Of a DNA stretch of 63,486 nt, positions 24,661-38,158 are shown in pieces; position 1 is the stretch's first letter, and each line of letters opens with the position of its first letter. The notes beneath the pieces are model-generated. The model had not been told where the DNA came from, made no database searches, and saw only the letters and a program-made list of their open reading frames with translations. Source of the stretch: Girardia tigrina (taxonomy: Eukaryota); NCBI GenBank assembly GCA_001938485.1, contig MQRK01246086.1, forward strand, positions 1-63,486. Direction: 5' to 3'. The position numbers and the translations under genes are program-made.

Positions 24661-26101
24661 TAAGAATTATCAAATAATAACCGAAAAAAAATAATTAAAA
24701 ATTTCAAACGCATTTTTCAGAAATATATCACGAAAATATCCATCGAATTTTTCACAAATTATCAAATATTAACCGAAAAAAAATATTTAAATAATAAAAT
24801 TAAATGTTTTAAAATTCAGAAAAAATATTTCTAGAAGTAGTCGAAAATTATCGGATATAAACTGAAAAAAAAATATTTCTAAAATTAAATCAAAATATTT
24901 AACGAATTATCGGAATTAAATGAAAAAAAACGAATGTTTAAAGTTAATTGTTCCGATTAATCGATACTCTCAAACTGGTGGATCGATAACCAAAACATAC
25001 AAAAATATTTGTCAAGTTTAACCTTGGTGCATTTCCATGAATATTTCATCCTCAATTTGCTTCCACTCGTCGACACTAAAATTAATTTCCTAATTCGATA
25101 AAGTCATTTAATGCGCGGTTAAATTCGTAAAATGTGATACATTCTGCAACGAAAATTCGTTCATTGTTTCTCGAAAATTGTCGCGATTTACATTAGTCAA
25201 ACTCGCTCGTTTCAGCAATTTCTCGTTGATAATTGTTTCTCGACATTTCTTTTCATATATGAAAAATTAAATTCAATTAAAAAAATAGATATTTTCGGTT
25301 GTTTTTTTCGTCAATTCACTTTCATAAATTGTTCTCGTTTATAATTTTGCGAACGATTGTAGAGATGTTGGTGATTCATATTTGAATTGATCGCAAATTC
25401 TTTTTGGGTTATTTAAACAAAGATTTTTTGAGGCGGATATTTTTTTAAGAATTATAATGTTTAATTTTGATTTTCAAATTTTGTGTTGAAATTTTAAATA
25501 AAAATGTGGTATAAAATTAAAAAGATTTTTTATTTAATAACAGTAAATTTAGAAATTATCTAACTTTAAGGGTTGCTATAAAAGCTAGAAATTCGCATAT
25601 AAATTAGTAAATATAAAAAGAAGTTTTTAAACATGCTTTATATGTGAATCGAATTTCAAACCGGTTTGGGTTACAAAATGACTGTTTGACTAGGAGTTTT
25701 TAATTTGTGTTTCGCGACGTCGAAACTGTGACATCACGATAGTATATTAAACTATTCAGTGTGACTCTAAAATGTTGACCAAAAAATCGGTGTAGATTGC
25801 TGACTTAGATTACCTGGTTTTCGATGCATAGAAAATATAGAAATATAGAGAAGAATAGAATACCTGGAATCAAGAAAATCAATATTTTTTTAATTCTTTA
25901 TGACAAAGATATAACCAAATAAACTAGATGAATAAGGAATTTATTTATGTATTTATTACGAAAAAATACATATTTTTCGCTTCATACTTTTATTTTTAAA
26001 ATGGGGACAATTCGTTTGTTATTTTGACAAAAATGACTAATTAATCTTTCAGATATTAATTCTATAAAAACAAATAAACGCCATTTAAAAATATATTTTA
26101 G

Positions 26102-26141
26102 GATAATATATTTCGACGGTTTAACCGTCATCATCAGATCA
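26102..26141 (-). ncRNA. Minimal type I hammerhead ribozyme motif (inverted pLTR)
   Basis: Exact reverse complement of the motif at 27257-27295. Confidence 0.78.
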
Positions 26142-27256
26142 CTGATTATGTTCTTTTTTATTGCTTTTATATAAGAAAATGAATGATTATGTAATCACTT
26201 ACGTAAGTCAAATCGAAAACTCTTAACAAATTAGTTGAAAAAAACACTACTTTATAAGAGATATGTGGATGATATCTTTCTAGTCTTTGAATCTCGAGAA
26301 CATGTTTTTCCTTTTCTAGATTACATGAATTCGATTCATCCAAATATAATCTTTACAGTAGAACAGCAAATAAACGGAAAATTACCATTCCTTGATTTGT
26401 TAATTGAAAGAAAAAATGATCATTATGAAACTGAAATATATCGAAAGAAAACTGATACTGGTTTGTACACCTCCATAAACAGTTTTTGTGAATTTAAATA
26501 TAAAAGGAATATGATTAAAGGTTTGTTATACCGCTCTTGGTCTCTTTCTTCCACGTTTTCAAAATCTATTAAAAGTATTGATACATTGAGCAAGTTATTG
26601 AATAATAACGGTTACTCTAAGTCCATCATAGACAGACTCACTCGTGAGACTGTATATAAAATAATTGAAAAAGAAAAAATGAAAAATGAAAAAATTAATA
26701 GTTTAAACATTGAAAACTGCTTTACACCCGGGTATACTCTAAGCTTACCTTACTCCGAGGGTTTTAAACACCTCAAGAATTCGATCTTGAAATCAACAAA
26801 TAACATTTGAAATTTAAAAATTATTTCTCAATCATTTAAAGTTGAGAATATGTTTTACAATAAATCAGATACTCCTTTAGGATTGTGTTCGGACATTGTT
26901 TATCAATACACATGTAATGGGTGCAATGCCACATACATCGGAGAGACTGCCGTCATTTCTGCAAACGAGTCCAAGAACACAGTCAAAAAGGGGGAAAGAG
27001 TAATATTGCTGAGCATAAAAAAACGTGTAAATGTAATATGAGCATAAATGATTTTAAGATTTTGTGCAAGCATTTTAAAAATTATTGGGAGAGAGTGTCA
27101 TGTGAAGCATTGTTGATAAGATCATGTGATCCTAAAATCAATGTTCAAACAGCACTCTCAACTAATTTGTTAAGAGTTTTCGATTAGACTTATATAAGTG
27201 ATTACATAATCATTCATTTTCTTATATAAAAAGCAATAAAAAAGAACATAATCAGT

Positions 27257-27295
27257 GATCTGATGATGACGGTTAAACCGTCGAAATATATTATC
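27257..27295 (+). ncRNA. Minimal type I hammerhead ribozyme motif (3' pLTR)
   Basis: GAU-CUGAUGA-U-GACGG uuaaa CCGUC-GAAA-UAUAUU-AUC. Confidence 0.8.
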
Positions 27296-27889
27296 CTAAA
27301 ATATATTTTTAAATGGCGTTTATTTGCTTTTAATAAAAAATCGCCATCTTTTTTCAAGTTTATTTGTAATTCTATAAAAGATTCATATATTATCATCATA
27401 AATTCACATTGGAACAACATTTCAGCTCAAAAGAAAACGAAAAATGATTGTTAAATTGCTTAAGAAATTTTTGACACACATTCACATAAATAAACAGGAC
27501 TTGAGCTATGAAAAACATGGTCAACATTTTTAAAAACAATAATGAAAATTAATTCGATTAAAAATGTTTGAAATTATAAAAGTGTAGTTCGGAATTTCGA
27601 TTAAAATTTTCTTTGATTGTTTGTTTTTAGCAAAAATTTTGAACAAAAACTATAAACGGTATTGAAAAAATAAAAAAAATATTTAAAACTGTAGTTCTCG
27701 GAAAAACTAACATTAAATAAATTGAAAAAAACTTTAAATTTTGATTTTTGTTTAGTTAAACTAAAAGGGTAAAAAGTCGATGGCACAATTTTAATTTTTT
27801 GTAAGTGGATTTGTGAATAAAGAAATAAATGTTCATTTTTATTCTCATCTTGTTATTTTTTATCATAAAAAATAACGCAAAAAATAACC

Positions 27890-28960
27890 TCATGCGAGAG
27901 CTATGAGATGGTGCAGCTCAGGGCCAACTCGAATCGGTTGGACCGAACCCGGTTCCAACACTCCACCTTCGACGGTCTTCAACGGACCGACATGACGGCA
28001 CCAGTTGGACCGACGGTACAATTCCGCCTAACGTCGTTGAAACGACAAGCCTGTCTTTCCGGGCATTGAGTCCCGACACAATTAAGAGGTGCTAGTTGCC
28101 GCCACTCGGTTCGGCAGTCGGTACCACATTGGTGACAGAAATGGGATCAACCGATCCAACACAGGTCAGAGATTTTGAATGTTTTTTTAACGCGGTTGCT
28201 GCAACACATACACACTACAATCACAACGCATGCACCGCAACAAACACTCACACGCCTCATATTAAGCAAATTTACTCTCACACAGCACTCAACGATCAAA
28301 TAAGTACACATCACATAGAAATCACACTGAAAAATTAACTTTAGCACACACCACAATAACAATAAACTCTGAAGGACACTCCAATTGTCCACCGACTGTT
28401 TAATCGAACACCTCATAAATCACCTCACCCGCCAGTCGGGACATCCAGTCACACTTTATAATGGGCTGAAACCGCTGCCGTCTCATCTCTTTTTCAGACA
28501 GTACAGGATCGTGGCAGTACTTGCCACGTGGTACTTTTAGGCGATGGTGATCACGATGAGGGACCCGAACTTTTCTCTGAAGCCGGCATACCACAGCTGC
28601 ATGAGTCAATCGCAGTGCACTTGTTGGCCCTACCAACGTCCCCGTTTTTTCTAGATGAAGACGGATCAAATCGAACCTGATTTTGAATAATGGAGTTCCG
28701 GCTGAAAACCGTGAGGAGTCAACATGTGCGATTTCAACATCTCACAGCCGCATTACCGGTCGATCAACTGAGGGCAATAAACAAATAACTACCGGTGATC
28801 ATAGCACATGACCGACAATACGATCAGTTGTGCCACTACTTAATGAATGCACTCACGCAGACCTTCGATGCGCATTTCGAGCAATATTTCAGGACTCAGC
28901 TAATGAGAGAAATGAAACCAACTTAGTTCCTGAACAAGATGACAACCAATCTGCATCTTT
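27890..28960 (+). mobile_element. Ty3/Gypsy 5' remnant: LTR-like region, tRNA-Leu-like PBS, decayed gag
   Basis: TGGTGACAGAAATGGGAT at ~28130; gag-like VPVFLDED..RFQHLTAALP..YDQL..MKPT*FLNKM. Confidence 0.6.
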
Positions 28961-29064
28961 GTACATTTTATTTCATATGGATGATTCTTTTTGGTATACT
29001 TTTTAAATAAGTTTTGAAGATTAAAGTCACGACCTATACCATAAAAGATCCATGTTTTCTTATC

Positions 29065-29104
<40 letters not shown>

Positions 29105-29154
29105 NNNNNNNNNNNNNNNNNNNNNNNNNNNNNNNNNNNNNNNNNNNNNNNNNN

Positions 29155-29221
<67 letters not shown>

Positions 29222-29299
29222 TAGGTTGTTTAAAAAATAATGTCGTTATTTAACTTTAATCTTTAAAGACAAATATCTCAGCGTAGAATCAAGTTTATT

Positions 29300-29797
29300 A
29301 ATCAAAATAAAAACCCGTTAGCTTCAATGCACTTTTGCTAACGTTAAAAAAGTTTATGTATTCCGGTTGCATAAAATTCTGTTTCTCTGGAGGCGATGAA
29401 ATCTTTGAAGGCAGTTTCAGCTTACCCTTGATTTTTGAAGTAGTTCTCCTGGATGAAAATGTCAAGATGTTTGAAAAAGTGATAATCAGTAGGCGAGAGG
29501 TCATATGAGTATGGTGGATGACTCAAAGTTTCGTAGTCAAGTTCGTTAAACATTTGCATTGTCAGACGTGCGATATGTGACCTGGCGTTGTCGTGGAAAA
29601 GAATAGACCCCTTCCTATTCACTAATGCTAGTTTGTTCTTGTTTGAGTTTCTGGTTCATTTTGACAATTTCCTGACCGTATTTCTCTGCCGTAATTGTTT
29701 CTCCTGGATTTAGGAAGCTAGGATGAATAACACCGACTGCAACGTACCAAACACTCACCATCATCTTTTTTGGTACAATTTCGGCCTCGGAATCCAA
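29300..29797 (-). mobile_element. Mariner transposase fragment (same family as 8200-8760)
   Basis: ILFHDNARSHIAR..HPPYSYDLSPTDYHFFKHLD; DNA alignable with 8255-8650. Confidence 0.9.
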
Positions 29798-29942
29798 TCA
29801 ATCACAAGTTAAATACCAAAAAAGAAAGCGGATTTATTTAAATACTCGGTACATTCTTTTTTTTTAATCTGTACGTTTTTTATCGTTTTAATTATATGTA
29901 TCGTTTATTATTTTATATTTTTGTAAAAATCCGTTTGTTTCA

Positions 29943-30380
29943 TTATGTTGTGGATGGGCGGATCGGCTTGGGCATCTCGCGGTATTTCAACTGCCGAATT
30001 AGTGAATAGGAGAATATCGAGACGGGATTGATCAACCGACCGATATCGGACAGCGCGACTAATAAATCGATATTAGATTCCAGATACGATATCAGATTTC
30101 CGATCGTGGTGAAAACAAGCATCGGTTTACGACCGAATCGATCTGACAAAGTGCCGATTTTCGGAGAGAACAAGGACTGACAAATCGAGTAACTCGATCT
30201 CGGAGCATTTTTATAATTCCAGAAATCCTCATGATTGTTGCTGTCTCCCGTGGGACCAGGAATCGCGGAATTTATCAATAATTGACTATCGGATGAGGCA
30301 GGTTGCTTGGAACTATCTCGAATGTCAATTTCATTCGATGTTAAATACGAAATTGTATCTAAATTTGACATTTTTGCCAC
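29943..30380 (-). pseudogene. Fragment of an MFS transporter gene (MFSD10/TetA-like)
   Basis: SYSICQSLFSPKIGTLSDRFGRKPML contains MFS motif A (GxxSDRxGRK); the other TM helices are missing. Confidence 0.55.
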
Positions 30381-30719
30381 ATTCGTTTGAGAAGATTCAT
30401 AAACGATCTTTTCCGGTGTAATTTAAGAGAAAAATTAATGTTTTCCAGTAAAATAAATTGAAATAATGCAATTTAAAAAATGTATTTATCTATGTACAAT
30501 ATTTAAACAAGCGTTTTTTAAATTAATTTTTTAGAATTAATTTAATTTGTTGGTCCACTTTATTTTTGAATCCCATTATAAAGGAGCAACAGTAAAAACT
30601 GGGATAAAAAGTTTTTTTTGTTAAAATTAATTATTGGTAAAAATTTTAATAATTTATTATACACATAAATTATTTTCGTATATGGAAATTCACGGAAAAA
30701 AAATTCACTACACATTATA

Positions 30720-32350
30720 TGTCACCAAGTTCACCAAATCGTCTCTGGCATTTGGTTAGCTTGGTTGTATCGTAATATTCGGGTTTTAACAAAATTGGTG
30801 TCAGAAAAAAAACACGCCTCACAATCACACAGACATTTACATACAATCACAATCACTACAAACACAACCATCTTACTCAAAAATTATGCCTTCATACAAA
30901 CCCAAATTTAATCTCACAATTACAAAGCCCGTGAAAGTACAAACAAACAAAATATCAAATCATATTAATCATTCAAACATCAACTTCACCAAACCTCACA
31001 CAACAATTCCACAAACGCGCACATGACATTATACCTGAAAACAGAATTCTGCTTAATGAGAAAATATACAAAGAAACAGCAAACAAATTAAATTTTCATT
31101 TTTTTAATTCGCTTCTCAAGGAAATAGAAAATATTGAAATGGAAAGCAAAATATTGAAAACGGAAATATTCGAATTAAAGAAACAACAAAAAGAGATGCA
31201 AAAGAAGTTCGTCAATTATGATGCAAAATATTTTGGAAAACAGTAACAAAAACAAACAAAAACCTTGTTCCTTCAGACAAAACAGTAATAACACAACCAA
31301 ACCAAGAATTCGAACTTTTCATAATTCAAATACTAAAAATGATTGTGAAACAAATTCTATCAACAATATAAGTACACGTCTAACCAAAGGGCAGAAAGTA
31401 CTTCAAAAATCCAAGAATAAAACAATAAAAACTAAACTTCTGAAACCTAAAGAGCAATTATCAACCAAAACAAATCATAAATCTTCTGAAAGCTGCAACA
31501 GCAAATTGGTTATAACAATAGAAAAAGAATCGCAAACACAAAAGTTTTGCAGTGACAAAAACACTTCCGAGAAACAAATTCAAACTTTGGAATCCGTAAA
31601 TAAAGAATCAACGGATAAATATGGCCAAAAACAACAAACACGATCATCACCGAAGCAAAATCCATATCCAGAGAAGTAGAAACTAATACGCCAACAATCA
31701 AAGATGATTCGTTACAAACCGACACTATAAACATTAGCAAAATTTCTCAGAATCAATCAACACAGATTACTCCATACGATGACTTACCATCATTGAAAGA
31801 CAGAGACAAAAACACATAATCCGAACTAAGCAAAGAAAATAATTGTTTTAACAAGACAAACATTTACAGCTCAAATGAAGAAACTGATTTCGACATCAAT
31901 TTCAGTAATGGTACAAGTCTTGATTATGATCCAGAACAATACCTATCCAAAAGAAAATTAAATCAAGTAAACAACATCACACACGAAAAACAATTCAAGA
32001 ACACCGACAAATAATCAACAAAAATCAACAACAGTTTCACAGAAATTTGCTTAGAGATTACGGCACTCGTCAGAGATAACATTACCGATTTTCTCGACGG
32101 ACTTTACAGTATCGTAAGCTATAAAAGAAATTCTTTCATCTTGCTAATAAACGACGTAGAAACTACCGTCAACCAAAAACGAATTAGATTCTGTACCAAA
32201 AAAACGCCTCGATCATATCGATTTCAGAAAATCGCCTTATTGCCGCTCATGAAACTGCTGAAATCCAGTTCCGCAACAAAATCATCATTACGACTTACAA
32301 AGAATTTTATAGAAGCGTAAATTCCACTGATGAATTTCACATCAGTATAC
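30720..32350 (+). mobile_element. Possible degenerate/non-autonomous LTR element with A/C-rich low-complexity ORF
   Basis: TGT.. start, then TGGTGTCAGAA (tRNA-Leu PBS-like) at ~30796 and a strongly A/C-skewed interior; no matching 3' LTR found. Confidence 0.35.
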
Positions 32351-32864
32351 TTGACTAGTTATGGAATGTAACGAATTCCGAAGAAAATGCTCACTGCTTT
32401 CAGAAAACAGATCTAATTTCCAATTCCAGCCTATTCATGGTTGAGCTTGTCAGATGAATGAAAGAACATTAGAACAATTTGGGCCATCCTTCAATGTCAT
32501 TCTACAGTCATCTGTGAAAGATTTTGCTTTTACAGCGACTTGGTAACAAATTCAAGGAAACGAGGATAAAAAGAAGTCTCACAGTCTCAAGTGTTGTGAG
32601 CAAATGCAATCCCTTATGCAATGATTAGTTATTTCTTCATGATCAATAAAATGCCTCTCCCATGTATGAGCACTTTGAGTAAGAAGAATGTTTAGTGAAA
32701 CAAATTTGTATTCTATCAATATTTATAATGATAAAAATATCAGCCTCATTATACATGAATACAAAATTCAAACTTAATTATTTTATTAATAAATGCAGGT
32801 TTATACATTTTAAATGATAGTCTTTAATCTTTCAAATACTTCTGAAAATGGATTGTTTTTTTTA

Positions 32865-33697
32865 TTATTATTATTACCACGTTTTTATTAGTTTGCTTTC
32901 TTGTCTGTTTGTCTGTTTGTCTGGAACAAATCTTGCGATTGATTTTTTGACCACTTTCAGTCATCCAATTGAGCTGAATTTTTTTATACAGGCTTGCTTC
33001 CGATGACAATACAATTTGATAAAAAAAATTTTGAAAAAAAAATTTTTTTCTAATTTTTTTTGCAAAAAACCACTTACGATTATTTACAAATTTATACACT
33101 GTATTAAATAGCAATCTTTTCGTTTATTTTCATGAATGTAGTTTTATACAGGCTTGCTTCCGATGACAATACAATTTGATAAAAAAAAATTTGAAAAAAA
33201 ATTCCTAAATGATAACTAAAAATAGTTAAATAATATTATTAATAAAAAAAAAATTTTTATAAAAACAACCACGTTTTTCAAGCATTACCAACACACTAAA
33301 AAGAGGAAAATAATTTTTTTCTAGACATGTGAGAAATTTTATACCTAACCAAAAACGTGGGGCATAGAAATGATCGATTGTTACTAAAAAGCAGTAAAGA
33401 GGAAATAGCAGNNNNNNNNNNNNNNNNNNNNNNNNNNNNNNNNNNNNNNNNNNNNNNNNNNNNNNNNNNNAACCAAAAACGTGGGGCATAGAAATGATCG
33501 ATTGTTACTAAAAAGCAGTAAAGAGGAAATAGCAGTTACTAATAGCAGTAATTCAGAAATCCACCCCACGTTTTTGGTTAGGTATAAAAATTCTCACATG
33601 TCTAGAAAAAAATTATTTTCCTCTTTTTAGTGCATTGGTAATGCTTGAAAAACGTGGTTGTTTTTATAAAAAAATTTTTTTATTAATAATATTATTA
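32865..33697. mobile_element. HINE/Helentron-like element(s) with (TGTC/TGTT)n microsatellite and a large palindrome
   Basis: ttattaccacgtttt..tgtctgtttgtctgtttgtctg; arms ~33226-33362 and ~33564-33697 are reverse complements; internal direct repeat ~32985/33143. Confidence 0.5.
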
Positions 33698-34559
33698 TCT
33701 TATTGTGCTCCTGCCCATTCTCAGTTAGGTCTTGTGAATCTGGATTCTGATGCAAACTGGCGTAATATTAGTCTCTATTTTCCTATTTCGGTTCATCTTA
33801 TTAGTGAAACGTTTCCTAAAAATGTCAAGTTCGTCCCAAACATTTGTATAACTAAGTGAACTAACCCTTTGATCATATCATCTTTTTATTTCTCCACAGA
33901 TTTACATTTTATCAAGTTCTTTGTCTTTGACCTATCTTGTATTATTTAATTTCATATTTAATTTAATGTCATAAAAAGCATATTTATTAATCAAAATAAA
34001 TATCCACGGAGTCACTACATTTTCCATTCTTTTTATTAGCTTGCTTTCTATATATATCATATTTAATTGTTTATAAATATGTATATTTGATCAAAAGATG
34101 ATATGATCCATGGAATTTAGAAACATATTTTTGAAGGCTTTTTAACCAATCGATTTTCTCTCATCTTTGCACACTTACTCCTTTTCGATGACAATAAATG
34201 ATAATGCACGAACTGGATCAAACTAGAAAATCAAAAAATTGTTTTTGCAGAAACGTTTCACGATTATCCACAAATGTTTAAACTGAACTAAATAGAAATG
34301 TTTTAGTTTTTTCCTTCCATGCTTTATAATAAATTTATTATGTTATTAGTAACTATTTAACTGCAAAATGGAGTTGTAAACTTTTTTTATGAAATCTTTC
34401 ATTCTACAAAACATTTTAATAATTACAAATAACATAATAAATTAAATAAAAATATAATAGTAATTTTCCATTCTACAATAGATAAAAAAATTCTGTTGGC
34501 CAAGCAGAGTTCTGTCCATATAAATAATGGATATGAAAAATATTTTTGATTTACTAGTT

Positions 34560-35200
34560 CAAAAGATGAGCAAGTGAATTTATGCCGGTCATAATACAAT
34601 CTTTCATTCTGCTGGTAATATAATCGTAAAAGCCACTTTGGTATTCCTTAAATTTTTGAAGTATTCCATGTGTGCGAAATGGATAAACCCTAAAACATCG
34701 ACAGTCTAAACCAATCTGTGATTATGATAGATCTAGAACTTGTGGCAGTATGTGCAGTTCGAGTTGAATTTCCAAAAGCTCAAAATAAAATACGTTTTTT
34801 TCATTTCTGTCAATACTTTTGGAAAAAATTCAAAGTATATGCTTAACTTCTAAATACGGAGCTCGTGAAAGTTTCAGTGTCAGTGTCAAACAATTTTACG
34901 CCTACCTCCAGAAATACCTGAAGCATTTGAAGTGTAAAAACATCATATTCTTCCTGACGCTAAAGAGTTGGTAAGATGATTTGAGAAAAATTATGCACAT
35001 GAACGAGTTAAAAGACATCTACGGGATCGTACTGAAATTAGATCAGCTCCTTTATTTGCTCCATTTCTGTGGTGTGTATTTGATTTAATTCATCAAGGTA
35101 TTCCAAAAACACAGAATACCGTCGAGGCTTGGCACCGAAGACGAGAATTTGTTATTGGGCGATCTCATATCGGAATTTTTAGTATCATAAGAGTTTTTCC
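34560..35200 (+). mobile_element. MULE transposase remnant, copy 2
   Basis: Closely alignable to 16550-17200. Confidence 0.75.
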
Positions 35201-36436
35201 TTGTCTTCATCTCCGTTTGCAAACAAATGATCTTTCTTGTTATCTTGATGCAAAACACGAAGATTAATTGAAAAAAAGTCTACTTATTTATTATAAGTAG
35301 TTTATATTATTTTTTTTGAAATTATGTTTTTAAGGGTGTTTGAGGAAGTCGGAGTCGTAGTCTAAGTCAGATTCGGGGAACTCGACTCTGAAAAAATTAA
35401 TAACAAATATTATAAATTGACATAAAAAGGAGTCGAAGTGGGACACTTTAAAAATATAGGAGTTGAAGTTGGACAATTATTGGTTTTGATGGAAGCCGAT
35501 CGATCTTGATGTAATTGTGTTTCTGTTGTTCATTTTTCATCATCATTTAAATTTCATTTCGTTAACAAAAATTAAATTATTTTTCCTCCATCTTTATTTA
35601 ATTAATATCAGAATTCAGAAAACATTTTGTTGATTTACTTTTATGAAATCAAAATTAACATTTTTTAAAATAATTTTAATTAAAATTAATTTTATTAATT
35701 CGTGTTTTCAATATTGACATATGTTACTATAAATAGATTTATTTGCAGCAAGATAACAAAATCATTTGATTGCACACGCATATGAAGGCAATGAAAATAA
35801 CAAATGTTGTCTATATACACCAAAATATATATGTCTATATACATTTGCAAACACCATGGAAAATGAAGGCGAGATTTAAAAAAAAATGGAAAAAAATACA
35901 AAACTTATTTTTGAAGGCCTTTCACTCAAGGCCTTTTCGCCTTTCACCAAAGAAATGGTCGAATTAATTAATACAATGCCGGTTAACCACTTTAATAATA
36001 AAAATATCGAATTATTAAATGTGGTGGCCGAAGAGTTTCTGGATACAACTATAAAATCCATAAAGTTTGACAAATCAAACAACGGAGAACGAGTCGGAAT
36101 AAACCCATGCTAAATGGAGGACTTTTCAGGAAGTCCAAACGCGTGCGGTCATACTGGTTCCGCGATTTGTGGACATGACCAAGGGAAACCAGAGAAATCG
36201 ACCGATATTCGACCGACTAACCGACTGACCGACCGACTGGATAATGGAACAAAGGAAATATACGGTGTTTGATTGTAAAAAATGAGGCTCGGTTGAGAGA
36301 GCAAATCAATAACGAATGTAGTGAAACGATATTTGAAATGGAGAGGGATAATGCTCAGAACATGAATCTCCGCGCTCGAATGCAAGTATAAATGCTGCGA
36401 CGATCTAAAGCGAACTCTAAATTCAATTTCGGTTGC

Positions 36437-36853
36437 ATGTTTACACAGATCGACATTAAATCCAATATCAACCAACCAAAAGAAAGCACAGTTGATCCTC
36501 ATCTCAAAGAAGTGCTCACAGAACTCCAACTCCAACGAACTCAATGCAACAAACAAACGAAATTCCTCAAAGCGCAGTTGGAGACGACTAAAACGAAAAT
36601 CCGACTCACAGAAATCGTCATATCGCAACTGAAATCGTTTCCGGCCGACGTGAGGACCTTTACGGCTGTGGGGAAGATGTTGCTACTAGCGCCAAATGAT
36701 GTGCTGATCGATCAGTTACAGAACGAGATGAATCCGATCACCAAGAATCAGGATGACATTCGAGCAGTGAACGATGAACCACAGAACAGTGTGTCTGTGA
36801 CCGAGGTGAAGGTGCGAGATATCATCGAGAAGAAAAAGAAAGAGATTTCGTGA
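36437..36853 (+). CDS. PFDN1: Prefoldin subunit 1-like protein, intronless (upstream in-frame ATG at 36392 possible)
   Basis: VDPHLKEVLTELQ..LTEIVISQL..RTFTAVGKMLLL..SVSVTEVKVRDII parallels PFDN1 VDLELKKAFTELQ..MYEGVGRMFIL..SVKEAEDNIREML (recalled from memory). Confidence 0.72.
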   Translation: MFTQIDIKSNINQPKESTVDPHLKEVLTELQLQRTQCNKQTKFLKAQLETTKTKIRLTEIVISQLKSFPADVRTFTAVGKMLLLAPNDVLIDQLQNEMNPITKNQDDIRAVNDEPQNSVSVTEVKVRDIIEKKKKEIS

Positions 36854-36899
36854 AATAAATGTGATAAATTCGAATTCTCCTGCTACTTCAAATGGTCCG

Positions 36900-37470
36900 A
36901 GATTCTTCATACGGGAAGAATTCAAATCTTGTTGAACACACTACAATGATCTTTAAAAGCCTTCTTCGAACTAAAGAGATAAATGAAGAAACATTTCTTC
37001 AAATTTATAAACAAATTAACGGCTTGCCGGATGCAAATGGGAGAAAGAATCTGTGGAACCCTTTGTCATTTATTATAATCTTTATTGGACTTACAAAGCA
37101 TGGAAGCCTATTTAATTTTGCATTTGAATCAAAATTGCAAAAGTCACGATAATCAAGATCAACATCTAGCATCTTTCGCTTTTAAAAATTTTAACATATC
37201 CAAAAGAAGTGAACATAAGAAAGAATTTTATTAGAGGACGATATTGTCCCAATAATGAAAGGAATTCGTGAAAAACAAATACAAGTAAAAGTATCAAATG
37301 AAATGATTTCAATAAATGTATCCTTCAACATTCTTGTTGAAGAAGTCATAAAAATGATCTGTTAAAAAAATGAATGTGAATACCAAGATAGAACATGTTG
37401 AATATTCATTTGCTTATGTCGGCACAAATACAAAAACAACAATCTAACTTATTCTATCAACTATTTAGAT
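36900..37470 (+). mobile_element. Highly decayed Penelope-like RT remnant
   Basis: LLRTKEINEETF..GLTKH..; MISINVSFNILVEEVIKMIC resembles the PLE MxSFDVxSLFTNIPV motif. Confidence 0.4.
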
Positions 37471-38158
37471 GCAAACAGAACATCGGCCGATCGCTGATAT
37501 TCAATTTCGACCAATCTAAAAATAAATGGCCATTGATTGGTCAGTCTAAAAATAGATTGGCTTTGGGATTGGTCGGTCTTCAAGATGTGGTTGCCATGGG
37601 TATCAGAATCAATAAATTCAATGACGACTTGTTCCACGTCTGGTTACTCCAGCTCACTAATTGTGCCATCAAAGTTCAAATGATCGAATGGAACTCGATT
37701 GATTTCGAATCATAAATTTATTATAATTGATTGTTTTACTGTTTTTAGAATTTTCGATGTTTGTGGTTGACTTAATTTTTTAGCAGTATTTGACATTGTA
37801 CACCTTCACTGAAAACGGACTATTGATAAATATTATTTTGATTTCTCAGTGACTATTTCAATAAAAAACGTTTAATCGTGTTGATTATATTTGCCGAAGG
37901 ACAGTATATATTTCAATGAATCGTTTGTTATGGATTTAATCGATATTTGTTCTGTCATCATTGTATAATCGATTCGTGTTCTTGTTCAAATAATGCAATT
38001 TCTTGGATTTTGAAATGTGAAAGAAAAACACCAAATCAGTTTTGTGGAATAATTATATAAATATTAATGTATTTTTATGTGTGTTGTTTAAATAATCATT
38101 ATTGTAAATTGTTAATTCAAATATATTTTTCTTAGTTGGATATTCTCTTTCACAACAG

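Larger units (their letters stand above)
26071..27326 (+). mobile_element. 5'-truncated Penelope-like element with inverted pseudo-LTR arms
   Basis: RYVDDIF RT, LPFLDL, YRKKTDTG, then GIY-YIG VYQYTCNGCNATYIGET; arms 26071-26238 and 27158-27326 are near-perfect reverse complements. Confidence 0.92.

Noticed and set aside
36149-36628. 159-aa minus-strand ORF
   Set aside because: Antisense shadow of the prefoldin-like ORF
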